From positions 1,364,001 through 1,428,000 of the forward strand of contig NC_087442.1 of NCBI RefSeq assembly GCF_036321535.1: a stretch of 64,000 nucleotides of DNA, given 5' to 3'. The translations under genes were made by a program, and so were the position numbers. Under the pieces are notes generated by a model. That model ran no database searches, was not told where the DNA came from, and worked only from the letters and a program-made list of their open reading frames with translations. The stretch comes from Camelus dromedarius. Lineage: Eukaryota. Shown here in pieces: positions 1 to 11,891 of the stretch (positions are counted from its first letter, which is position 1; the number at the start of each line of letters is the position of its first letter).

Positions 1-190
1 CGCCTGCAAGCCCAGGAGAGCCCGACACCACAGGCAGCCGGCAGAGCAGCGTGGAGGGGCTCTTCCCCAGAACCTCCAGCAGGGCAGTGCTGCTGCTGGC
101 CTTTGCTTTCGGACTTCAAGCCTCCACGACTGTGAGACAGGAGGTTTCTGTCTGTGGTGCTTTGTTGGGGCAGCCCTAGGACACTCACTG
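1..190 (+). mobile_element. MLT1 (ERVL-MaLR) LTR 3' portion
   Basis: ttcggacttcaagcctccacgactgtgagac...gcagccctaggacact resembles the MLT1 3' end. Confidence 0.75.
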
Positions 191-249
191 ATGCGCTGTG
201 GGACGATTCCAGGGGTTAAAGTGTGGGTATCTTTGGGGCTCACTCTCCC

Positions 250-3200
250 TACCTTGAGTGTGCAGCTGAGTACAGAGCAGGAAAATACAACCCATAATGA
301 GGGGAAAAAGTCAGGCAAAACTGACTCACAGTTGACATGATTCAGAATAAGACAAGGTCATTGGAACGTTTCTTCTAACTCCAGTTCACATATTCCAGAA
401 GCTAGAGGAGAGGCTGAACATATCGAGACATAAAAGATATGAACAAGAACCAAATAAACTTCTAGAGATGGAAGCTGTAGTGTTTGAAATGAAAGTACAT
501 GGGACGGGATTCCAAAAGCAGACTGGACGTTGCAGAAGAGATAAGACATAGCAGCCGAAAACTGAAAAAGAAGCACACAGAGAAAAAAATGGCCGAAAAA
601 CTGATCAGGTCATCAGTGGTATAACTGATGTTCTTGAAGGAGGGAGGATTAAGAAAAATATTTGAAAAATTAATGGCAGAAAGATTTCAAGATTAGATGA
701 AAACTGTAAACTCACTTATCCAAGAAGCTCAACTAGCTTTAGGTACAAGAAACCTGCCAAGACACATCAAGTTGGTCAAAATCAGTGTTAAGGAGAAAAT
801 CTTAAAAGCGTTCAGAGAAAAAGATGTAAAGTACAAAGGAGCAATGACGAAACTCATAGCTTATTTCTTCTGGGAAAAAAATGCAAGACAGATGGCAGGG
901 TAGCAACGTCTTGAAAGTACCGAAAGAAGAAAGCCCCGCCAGCCTAGTTCTATATCCAGTGAAAATACTTTCTCAAATCAAAGTCTCAGTCAGGACCGTG
1001 TCAGATGTACAAAAGGCGAAAAGTCATCACCACACACCTACACTGACAAAAATAAGGGGAGACTGGTGGCAGGTAGACATCTGGATCTGTAAAACGGAGT
1101 GAAGAACTCCAGGAGTGGCTAGTGTGCGGGTGAACGCTGGAGCGATGCCATGCTAATTCCAGTAAGAAGGGGGATGGAGTAGGTGTGCTGTTATCAGAGA
1201 CGGTTAAGGAACATCCCGGGCTTGAGAAGATTGCTTCATAATAATGAAGGGGTCCACTTGTCAAAGTGACACAGTAGTAAACTTTGTCTACCTATCATCT
1301 ACCTGTCTACTTAAAGATATTTATTAAATAGCTATTAAGTACACAAAGCAAAACTTGTGGAAATTAAAGGATTGATAGTAAAAAATCACGATTATATTCA
1401 GATATACCAATATCCCCTTTTCAATAACTGATGGAACAAGTAGCCAGGAAAAACTCAAGGCATGGATACTTTCAAATACTTGAAATTGAAGACTTGAGTA
1501 ACACTTAACTAACTTGGCCTGTTTGCATTTACGGAACACTCTGCCCGTCAGTAGTGGAATACGCATTCCTTTCAAGTATTCGGGGAGTATTTACCAAGAG
1601 AACCGTATTCTGTGCCATAAGACAAGCCTCAGCACTTTGTCCTACATGACACGCTCTCTGGTGACAATGCACTTGAGCAGGGAATCAGCAGCAGCACCGT
1701 ATCGAGAAAACGCCTCAGGTAAGTGGCCACTAAATAGCACTTGACAGTAGCTCTCAGGTCGAGGAGCAAGCCGAAAGGGAAATCCGGCATACTTTGAAGG
1801 AAAGAAAAATGAAAATAAAACATCTCAAAATTTATAGCACAAAGGTAACCGTTTAGGAAAAGAGAAGTCCTTAAGTCAGTTCCCATGGCTTCTACCTTCA
1901 GAAACTAGAGAAGGGAGCAAGTGAATCCCAAAGTGAGAAGAAGATGGGAAATGAAAAAAGATGAGAGGAGACATCAATGAAACAGAAGATGGAGAACATC
2001 CACGAGGAGGTCAGCCGGGCTGACGCAGCCTCAGCCAGATCGCAGGACGCACCGTCGTGAATGTCAGGCCTGGGGGTGGTGGCGCCACTCCGACTCTGCG
2101 GCTGCTGAAGGGCTGACTAGCGCGCATGTTGAGCACCTTTATGCCAGCAAATTCAACAAGTTAGAGAAACTGAAAAATTCCTTGAAAGGCAGAAGCCAAT
2201 GAAACCCTCTTATGCATTGTGGAAATGTTACAAACATTCTCACAAATAAAACTCTAGGCCAGCAAGACTTCATTGTTCTACCAGATACTTAAAGAAGAAA
2301 TGCTGTCAGTTCTACACAGACTTTTTAAGAAAATTGAGAATGAGGGACTACTTCCTAACTCTGAGACCAGCATTACCCTGATACCAAAACCATACAGACA
2401 CACGTGAAAACTGTAGACCAATATCCCTCACGAACATAGATGCATGAATTTTTAACAAAATTTTAGCAAATCAAACATAACAATAATAAAAAGGATAATA
2501 TGTCATCACTTTTTTAAAAAATCAGTGAATATAATTCACCATATATACATATTGAAAATGAAAATTCATATGGTCATCGCAATATATGCAACAAAAGCAT
2601 ATGACAAAACTCAGTGTTCATTCCTGATAAAATCTCTCAGCAAATTAGGCACGAAAGGGGATTTTCTCATCCTAATAAAAAGCATCTCTGAAAACCCTGC
2701 AGATAACATCATACTTAATAGTGAAAGGTTGAATGATTTTTACTTGTGATCAGAACAAGGCAAGGATGTCCTCTCTCACCACTTCTATTCAACATTGTTC
2801 TGGTGATTTTTAAACAATAAAGAACATTCAGATTGGAAAGGAAAAAGTAAAACTGTCTCTGTTAACAGATGATATGACTGTCTATGTAGAAATTTTTATG
2901 GAATCTATTATAAAAAAGCTATTAGAACTAATAAGTGGATTTTGCAAGGTTGCAGGATACAAGGTCAATATATAAAACTCCACTGCACTTCTATATACTA
3001 GCAATGAGTAATTGGAAATTGATTTAAAAACCAGTGCCATTTATACACAGTAGAATCAAAAATATGAAATGCTTTGGGATGTGTCCTATATGCAGTAAAC
3101 TAGAAAACACTGCTGAGAAAAATTAAAGAGTACTGTCATAAATGGAGCGAGAGGCTGTGTTCATAGAAGACAGTACTGCTAAGATGTCCATTCTCCCCAA

Positions 3201-4715
3201 GTTGATGTTTTGATTCAACACAGTCTCAGTCAAAGTGCCAGCATGCTTTTTCTTTTGTAGAAATTGAAATGCTGGTCTAAAATTTAGGTAGGAATTCAAA
3301 GGACTTAGAATAGCCAAAACAGCTTTGAAAGAGAACAGAATTGGAGCGCTGACCGCCCAACTCGGAGTTTAAGGCCCTCGTAGCTGAGACTGCGGTGACA
3401 GCACAGAGATAGACAAATAGATGAACTGAATAGAACAGAGTGTCCAGGAATGTATCATTATAACATACTGTCATTTTACTTTTAACAAAGGTGCAAAGGC
3501 AATTTGGTGGAAAGAGGCTGTTTTTAACAAATGGTATTGGAGCAATCATAGGCAAAAAATGAACTTCAGTTCATATCTGGCACTGTATACAAAAAGTGAT
3601 TCAAAAAGATCATAGACCTAAATGTAAATCCTAAAACTGTAGCACTTACAGAGGGAAACATAGGAGACAGTCTTTGACACTGGGCTCGACCGTAACTTGG
3701 GTAAGACAATTATGCTGCAAGGCATGATCCATAAAGAAAACATTGGTAGATTGCACTTCATCAGCATGAAGGAATTTTGTTCTTTGAAAAGTACTGTTAA
3801 GAGAATGCAGAGACAGTCCACAGAGTGGGAGGAAGTGTCTGCAAATCCTATACCAGATAAGGGACTTGTAGTCAGAGTATTTAAAGACCTTGCCAAACTC
3901 AGGACACAAACAGACAACCCAATGACAATGGACACCAGATTTGAAGAGACATTTTAGCAGAGAAGATATAGATGGATGGCAAATAAGTTCATGAAAAGAT
4001 GTTCACATCATTATTCATTGGAGAAACGCAAATTAAAACAGTAGTGAGAGACCACTGTACACCTGTTGGAATGGCTGAAACTAAGAACACTGCCCATACC
4101 ATTTTTTTGGTCAAAATGCAGATGAAATTTGAACCCTGCTGGTGGGAATGTAAAATTATACACTCAACTTTGGAAAACATTTTGACAGTTTCTTAAAATG
4201 TTAACTGTACACCTGCTGTCTGACCCAGACATTGCATGTCTATGTACTTACCACAAAGAAACGAAAGCCTGTGTCCATACGAAGACTTGTATGTGTTTAT
4301 ATAACAGCTTTAGTTGTGAGAGCCACAACCCAGACAGCAGTTTGCAGGTGGATGGATGCTGTGTAGTAACTGTATTGAATCTGATACAAAGGGACAGACT
4401 ATTGATACTGTCAGTGTTGAAAAAAATCTCAAAATAATTGTACCACGGGACAGACTCCAGACAAAAACAAGGTTACATACTACACATTACCATTTTTAGA
4501 AAGTTTTGGAAAACACAGTCTTTTCTAAGGTTCACAATCTGGTGGGTGGAGTATGGGTTGGGGTGGGGAGTGGCAGGAGGCTGTGATTATAAAATGGCAT
4601 GAGCAAATGTGGGGGTGATGGATACATTCATTATCTTGGTTATGGTGACATAACTGCCCAGTTTTATGAAATTGTACACTTTGTAGTTTATATCAATTGT
4701 AACTCAATAAATTTG
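250..4715 (+). mobile_element. Old, degenerate L1 (L1M-type): ORF1, ORF2 and 3' UTR remnants
   Basis: ORF 697-903 (IQEAQ...PRHIK...KEKILKAFREK) is L1 ORF1p-like; ORF 2525-2749 (NIIHHI...KAYDK...IILNSERL) is ORF2 RT-like; L1MC/MD-type tail ending caataaa near 4710. Confidence 0.9.
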
Positions 4716-4869
4716 CTACAAATTAGTATTTTTACTTTTTATATACATCATGATTTTCTGCAAAGTGAACGTGGGTGCTCAGAAAGTAGGATAGTTTGGT
4801 ACAGAAACTACTCAGCGCTGTGCGTTAGTAGCCTCTGGGCATACGACTATTACTGAAAGCAGAAAATCA

Positions 4870-5050
4870 TTAAGTGCTTGTTTTGTTACAGGCATGCTGA
4901 CTGTTGTTCATGCCTTATTGCGCTTAATTCTCAGCACCACCTGCGGACGTGATCCTCAGCCTCGCTGCACAGGTGAAGAACCTGTGACTTAGAAGGGTTG
5001 TCATGTGAAAGTGCAGACGGGGCTTGAGCCCAGGCCTGTCTGAAACTCCA
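4870..5050 (-). mobile_element. MIR SINE
   Basis: cacaggtgaagaacctgtgacttagaaggg...cttgagcccaggcctgtctgaaactcc is the reverse MIR core. Confidence 0.7.
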
Positions 5051-6119
5051 GTGTGTGCGTTTGGCCACCATCCTGTGTGCTCTTCTTAGTTATTAACACA
5101 GTACAGCAACTGGCCATAATTATAACCCCTGTGAATGAAGAAGAGGGTTAAGATCTTTAGCATTTTTTTTTCAGGGCTGGAAAGTGGAAAAGTATTTTAG
5201 AACAGTTTTTATTTTTAAAATTGCAAATTAAAGTTCTTCTTAAGACATTGTTTTCTGAAACATTTTGTAGAACATTTTATTTCCTGCTAAGGTAAATATA
5301 TACTCTAAAATTCGCTCACTCTATCTAGATTCTTGAGTAAGAAACTTGTAAATTGATTTTTAATTATATCACCCTACCTACTAAAGGAAGTAAATCTCTT
5401 TAGGTAACCTGTACAGGTGCTGAATTATTTCTTTTTATTTGTTTGTATTCCATGCCGTTCCAAAAAGGATTTAGGGCACTTATGAAACATATATGTTAAT
5501 TTGTAACCAACACAACTGTAAACTAGTTGACTTTGGTTCCCAGACAGCTCAGCGTATAGTCTCATAGGTCTGGAGTGGAAGCTGTGAGGGCAGAGGTTTG
5601 CCTGGAACAGAGAGCTTTGTAAATAAGGGTTTTGAAAGAACAGCAGTTACCTCTTTTCAAAAACATTGGGTTATGATTGCATGTAGTCCATTGAACTTAT
5701 GCTTAGCATAATTTTTATCTTTGATTCTTGATCTTATAAATTTTAATGAAGGTTATAGCCATCAGTTTTAAAGTTGATTATTTTACGTATAAAGAGTGAG
5801 AGGTTGGGTCAAATATTATTCCAGTGACATACCTAAAGTTCTGTCTTTTAAAAAATCTAGTATTATCATGTAAGTTGCTTTTTATTGTGATTTTATGAGA
5901 GCAGAATGTGCCAGAAAGGGAAAAGGTGATGTGAGCTTGCCTGCCCCTTTTACTTTTTCTTTCCCACTTGGAATTGCTTACTAAAACTTCTGTGATGTCG
6001 TGGTTTTAAAAAATCCCCAGACTTAGTGCAGCTCCTTGCAGGCTCTGCAGCCTCGGCAGGTTTTGCGTAGCCAGCCTCTGCCGTGTCAGGGGTTGCCGTG
6101 AGGAGCAGATGAGTTTGTG

Positions 6120-6285
6120 TAATAATGTGTAAATCACATAGAATAGTGCTCAACGTAAGGGCTCAATAAATGCTAATTATTACTTTTAGGGTTTTTATGA
6201 GGCTTAAATTAAACAAGGTTGTACATGTAGAATGTTCAGTAGAGTATCTGGCATTTATTAAGTGCTCAATAAATGCTAGTGGCTC
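6120..6285 (+). mobile_element. Two MIR 3' fragments
   Basis: Two copies of the gctcaataaatgcta tail with MIR-like upstream sequence. Confidence 0.6.
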
Positions 6286-6641
6286 TAATTTAAATATTCA
6301 GGTGCCAATATGTCTGAAGAGGCTGTGTCTTTGCATCTCTGCATGTATCGTATCTTTAGTGAATGCGTTTTAGGGCTTGAGGAAAAATCGTTAGTTTTTG
6401 TGTTGACTTTTCCCAATAGGTACAAGTTACAAAGCTATAAACAGTTTGGAGAAATATGTAATCATTTTTCTGGTTTCTAAGTTTAAGTCATTTGTTAGGC
6501 CTCCCTCTCCAAGTTTATGTTTATTTTCACTGTTAAAAAGTACAGAACTTTGACTAGTGTCACAGGCTAGCTCTGTGATTTTCTTTGGCAGGACTTGTCA
6601 GTGTCTAACTCATCTTTCTTCCGTTGTTCTCCGCCCTGCAG

Positions 6642-6745
6642 GTTTGTGGAACCTTGCTTCTCTCTTTTCCAATCTTTGTTTATTTGTGTTGATGCCCTTT
6701 GCCTTTTTCTTTCTGGAATCAGAAGGTTTTGCTGGCCTAAAAAAG
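6642..6745 (+). CDS. LMBR1: LMBR1 coding exon (human exon 5), 104 nt
   Basis: ctgcag|GTTTGTGG...AAAAAG|gtaagt; translates (G)LWNLASLFSNLCLFVLMPFAFFFLESEGFAGLKK, matching recalled human LMBR1. Confidence 0.98.
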
Positions 6746-8499
6746 GTAAGTGAATTGTGTTTTAGAATTAAATGTACTAAATGAAGAAGTAAATACCAGT
6801 CTTGTTGAGCTAGGAAAACGAGGCTTCAACAGCCATTTTACTGGATTGTAAAAAGTTTAATAATAGCCTCTTGTTAATATTAATAATGTTTTTACAATAC
6901 TACTAATAGTGTCACATATTAAGTTGTTCCACACGTCCACAGGGAGGAAGTCGTCCTTTGACCTTTGAGTGCTTTGGTAGTATGTGCAAAGTTGGTGGGG
7001 TACTCTTCTGTTGAATGAACGAGCCTGATGCAATAGCTATTACTCCTTTCTTAGGCTGTCTCACTTAGTGTAAAGCATGACAGGAAATTCTAAAAACCTT
7101 AAAATGTATCTCGTTGTGAAAGTGTTTCACATCCAGTGTTTTCAGGAGAGTGGCATGTTATACTGCTCCCCCGGATAGGCAGATCCCCAGGGTACTGTGA
7201 CTTACTGCTGTTAGGTGAATGTGGGAGGGTCAGAGGTGGGCAAAACAGGAGACTGCGAGAGCAGCTTAAACAGTTGGTCCAGACGTTACAAATGCTAGTA
7301 ACTCCGTCTGTCCTTGAACATAACGACTTAAAGTGAAGGGAACAGCATTTCTGTTTACAGCTTGCTGAGCTCTTTGCTGTAAAAGCTTGGAATATACTGC
7401 AAGGATTTCAGGTGACTTTTTGGGTGACTTTTAAACATGACAAAATGAGTTCTAGTGTTGCGTTTTATAGACATTGTTCACCTTTTAATTCTTAGGAGGC
7501 TTATTCATACTCACACTGTGACGCGTGGAGTGAGTGTGCCCATGTGTCTTGTCAGGTAGTGCGCCAGCTAAGTGGAGCGGCATGGGGAGCTGCCAGCTGA
7601 GTGTGATCGTTACTACGGTTTCTCACGTAGCTTCTTGTGCTTCTTAGGGACGCAGTTGTTCGGGTGTAACATTTCGATAGTTCTTCTGATTTTAAGCCTC
7701 AGGTATAGCGCGTTTTTGACCTGTACATTGAAGGGTGCCATGACAGAATCACTGAGAGGCGACACGTGCGTTGTTTTAGTGGGCTCATTTTTCTGTTTTC
7801 CATATATTCTTCCATGCTTTAACAGTCTGCTGCTGGGAACTAACAGTTGGTTTTGTATTTAGTCTTATGCACTAAATTGTTTGTTGTATTTGGCGGTCAA
7901 ACCGGCATTGAGAAAACTGGCTTTCCTATATTTGTTTTTTATAATGGTGTTTTTAAACTATTTAAGTTACCCATGTAATGTGAAAGAATTATATAGTTTC
8001 CGTTTAAAAAGCTGTGTGTTCATAATTTCTTGAATAATTATAGGAAGTTTTATTGCTGAAAGGGATTTAGTTCAAACCCTCCTTTTATAAGGAGGAAACT
8101 GAGGTCCAAAGATATTAAGTGTTATTAAATTGTCTAAAAACCACATATGCACAATTGCAGAACCAGAACTGAGACCCAGGGGTTGCTTCTAACCTCCCCA
8201 AAGCATGCATGCTTTTTGCATGCCAGCACTGTGCAGAGCACAGCTAAAGCCAACAAGGTAGGTGACGTGGCCGGGACAAATAAGGTGAAGGAGCAGAGGG
8301 GACCGTGGCACGCTGGCAGAGGGAGGAGCCGGGAAGGGTTCTGAGTGGGTGTGCCAGGCGGTGGGAGGGTGAAGGGACAGCGGTCTGCAGGCTGACAGCC
8401 CAAGCTCTCGGAGAGCAGGGTGGGAGCATGACACACAGCCAGGCTGAGCTCATCGGAGCACTTGAGAAAGCAGTTTCTGTAGAATTTTGGAGCCTTTTG

Positions 8500-8880
8500 A
8501 TGAGTATTCATTCATTTGACAGAGTTTCACCAAGCATTTCCTAAGTGGTAGTTGTCATGCTATTATAGGAGCTTGCTGGGGACAGAGATGAAAAGACATC
8601 ACTTGCACTCAGGGGATGAGCAGAGGAAGAAGTCAGAAACGCAGGCAGAACCCCTGTGGCGGGTGGACTTCTGTGCAGCAAGCCGCGCCGGGAGGGGTGC
8701 CGAGCTTGGCCTGGGGAGCCCAGGGAGGCTTCCCAGGGGGAGTTAGCCTGCTCTTGCTCCGGGACTCGAGGGTGAGCTCCCAGGCCCGAGCACAGGCCGG
8801 GGTTCCAGCTGAACTGACGGAGTGGCTGGTACTCAGCTGCAGAACAGAGAACGATGAGAGGTGGCTCGTCAGGGTCACAT
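8500..8880 (-). mobile_element. L2 3' fragment
   Basis: attcattcatttgacagag...ggggacagagatgaaaagac is a reverse L2 terminus. Confidence 0.55.
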
Positions 8881-10014
8881 CCTGGAGGCCTGAGTCTCTA
8901 CCAGATGGTGTACAGCAGGGAATCGGCAAAGGATTTTTGATAAGAATTTCTGCATCTACTTTTATTTAGGCAAATTTAGAGATAAATACACATGTCAGAA
9001 TTTCAGCACGTCACGAGGGGAGTGAACACGTGCACCACACAGTGCAAGACTGGTTTAGAGACATCACCACACTGGCTCAGCCACGCGCCCGGCTCTGCTA
9101 AACCGAGCGCTTCAGTGTGTGTCCCTGCAGTTGCCGTGTTGGGGTTTGCTTTAATAAATACGCAGTTCTCCCTTCCCTGCCTCTGCCTCGTGCGATCTTA
9201 CCGAGCAGAAAAGACCGGCGGCGAAGCTCAGTGTTAAATACATTTTCACGTTCGGTATCAAAGTATGCTGCTTAGTTACACGTTCTGTGAAAACCTAGTT
9301 ACTAGTTAGATTATTTTCAAAAGCACTGTGCAATGTGGACACACCCCTTGTCTCCAGATTATTTTCCTCCCTTCTTGTGAACTAACCAGCTAGAAAAGGG
9401 GCCTGGCCAAATCTGGAGCAGAGTTAGCACCCACCTCTAGAATTAACCCTGGTCATGTGTCGCTATTCTCCGGTCCCCCTTACAGACTGCGGTCAAAGCG
9501 GGGAGTCAGCCTGGGGGTGGGGGGACACAGAAGGTAAGAGAAGCTGTTTTACACATACAGCTGTACAGGAGTTCTGCCCTCTAATTTTTTACTTCTAGTC
9601 TCTTTATACAAGATTAAAAGAATGCCTTTTCTAAGCGCATCTGTCTGTTTGTCTCCTCAAAATCTGTCAATGTCACCAGCTACACTTCATGATCTCAGAG
9701 GGGACTGACATGTTGAGTGATTGTAGGGTGTAGTCGACGTGACCATTCCAGTTAATTCCCAGACACAGCAAAGAGTCTAAAAAGGGGGGGAGAAGGCACA
9801 GCTCAGGATGGTTACCGTTTAGTAGACTTGGGCAGCTGGGGAATGAAAGGAGTTGTAGAAACCAGATTCAAATGTTTGGTTTTTAACGCTCTCAAAGGAA
9901 GGAGGGAGACGGGTCGTGGCTCGGAGGAGACGAGATAGGATGATTCTGCTATTAGTGTGCTGATGGGGAGGGGCCCGGGGAGAGAGTGCAGGTACTAAGG
10001 TGAGAAAATTTATC

Positions 10015-10190
10015 TTTGGTGCCAGACTGCCTGGGCTAGTTATGTCAGCTAGACCACAGGTTTTCTTTCTGTAAAATGGATGTAGTCATGATCGTTACCC
10101 TACTGTTTAATTTGGAGGATTGAATGAGGGGTGATTATTCAGGTCAGGCGTATAGGCCGGGGTTTAGCTCAGTCTGTGTCAAGAGCTTGG
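10015..10190 (+). mobile_element. MIR SINE
   Basis: tggtgccagactgcctggg...tctgtaaaatggat...ggattgaatgag. Confidence 0.7.
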
Positions 10191-10899
10191 TGCATCTGAC
10201 TGGTGGGTCTTCTAGAGGACATCCATGTGACGGGGATGGAGCATTAGAAAGCAGCAAAGTACAGCAGAGTCAGCTCTTGATTACTCACATATTGTTATCT
10301 TTGGCAACTTTAAGATTCCAGGTGACTTTCCCCATTTTGAAATGGCATGTAGTGAAGGAGAATTGAAACTGCCTGAAGAGAAGGTACGTCTAGACCCTGG
10401 GGGAAGTGTTTAGAGAGCTTTCAAGTTGGGGAATCGTGGCATGTTGTTTTATAATACTCACATTTTTCAGTTTTAAAATCAATTACTTGGAAGTTGCAAG
10501 GGTTATTGTTAACGTTGTACATTTAAGTCTAACTGTGTAAAGTGTATGTCTGAGCCTTTCAGCGTTGTGCCTTCCTGTTGGGTCAGGCCACTTGGTAGCA
10601 CTTGCACAGGTTCCGAACAGCGCTGGGGCAGATCTGGGCTGCTGGCTGCCTCGCTGTCAGGAACTCTGCTGCTCTGCCGGGGCGAGCAGCCCGCTGACGT
10701 CTGCAGCGCGCTTGCTGGCAAGCGTGTGTACTTGTGTGTATCCTTTAAGGCCCATTGCTGACACATCTGCTTCCAAGGGGACACTGAGGACACCTTAGAA
10801 AACACTTCTAGTTGGTAGATTCAGCGCAGTGACTTGCGTAACGACGAGCTTGTAACGCGGTGAAGTTAAACGTCCTTTCCCCTTCGGCCGCCCTCCTGG

Positions 10900-11180
10900 C
10901 GCTGTTTTACTGCAGCTGCGTCTGGTGGGCCCCTGACTAGCGTGTGGCCCCGCCAAGCCCCCACTGACTCCCCTGGGCAGTCGGTTTTAAAGCAGCCCCT
11001 TGCACACTGTGCCGGGACGCGGAAATTGGCCACTAGCCACGGCGGATGCAGAGCTTGAATTGAAAATCAAATTAAACAGAATTCTCTACTTAGTTTTTAA
11101 TTAAACCACTATGTTAATTCAAACAGGCCGTTTCAGGCCTGGGGGGTTGACCATGTCCTTTCAAGGGCCTTAAGTCTCCT
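10900..11180. promoter_or_regulatory. Probable pre-ZRS (pZRS) conserved element
   Basis: Lies ~0.7-1 kb 5' of the ZRS, where pZRS maps in human and dog; non-repetitive with clustered homeodomain TAAT/ATTA cores (CAAATTAAAC, TTTTAATTAAAC, GTTAATTC). Boundaries are approximate and positional. Confidence 0.5.
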
Positions 11181-11891
11181 TTCTTCTCTGTGCTTACCGT
11201 GGTGTGTGTTTCTTTTTCACTAGGACCGTCTCCTCGCCATTCCCGTTCTTTATAATTCTCAAGAGTAGGAGAGTGTAAGTGGTTTTGGTAAAGCGGGTTT
11301 TTTTTGGGTTTTTTTTTGGTAAGAAGGTAACTTTTATCTTGGCATTCTTACATTCACAGTTAAATATTTCTCTCATTTAGATTGTTTCACTGTTACCTGC
11401 ATATATTGTATCAGGCGTTACATGTTCACGTGTGTGTGAACCTGACACCGTGCTTGCATCTTGTTTCAGCTCTGATAAAGAGGCTGCATCTGCGGGGTTT
11501 GGCTGTGTTTTGTGGTAGAGATGATTCCTCCACAGTTTTTATCTGGGTCGCTCGGTCATACACCAGAGGACAAGGGTCCGGGGGTTGACAGCACTCTGTT
11601 GCTGCTACATCTCAGATCAGCAGTGCGAGTTTCTCTCCCTACTCTGCCTCACAGAGACCTCTAGATTATCTGGGGTGATGTCAGAAGATGGTTTTCAGTT
11701 GCATAATGAACTCCGAAAGTAACCTCTGGCCAGGGTTTAGATGGGAGTTAGGAATGTGTTTGCTTCATATGGTATCTTAACATCTTACTTTGAATTTAAA
11801 AGACATGAGAAAAAAATTCAACAACTTAGTGAAAGTAAAAAAATCTCTTCAGTGACAGATTATTTCATAAACCAAAGATGTTTCTGGGAGT

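Noticed and set aside
1-6641. LMBR1 exon 4 and the acheiropodia-associated CTCF cluster
   Set aside because: Exon 4 sequence not found; expected further upstream, outside the window
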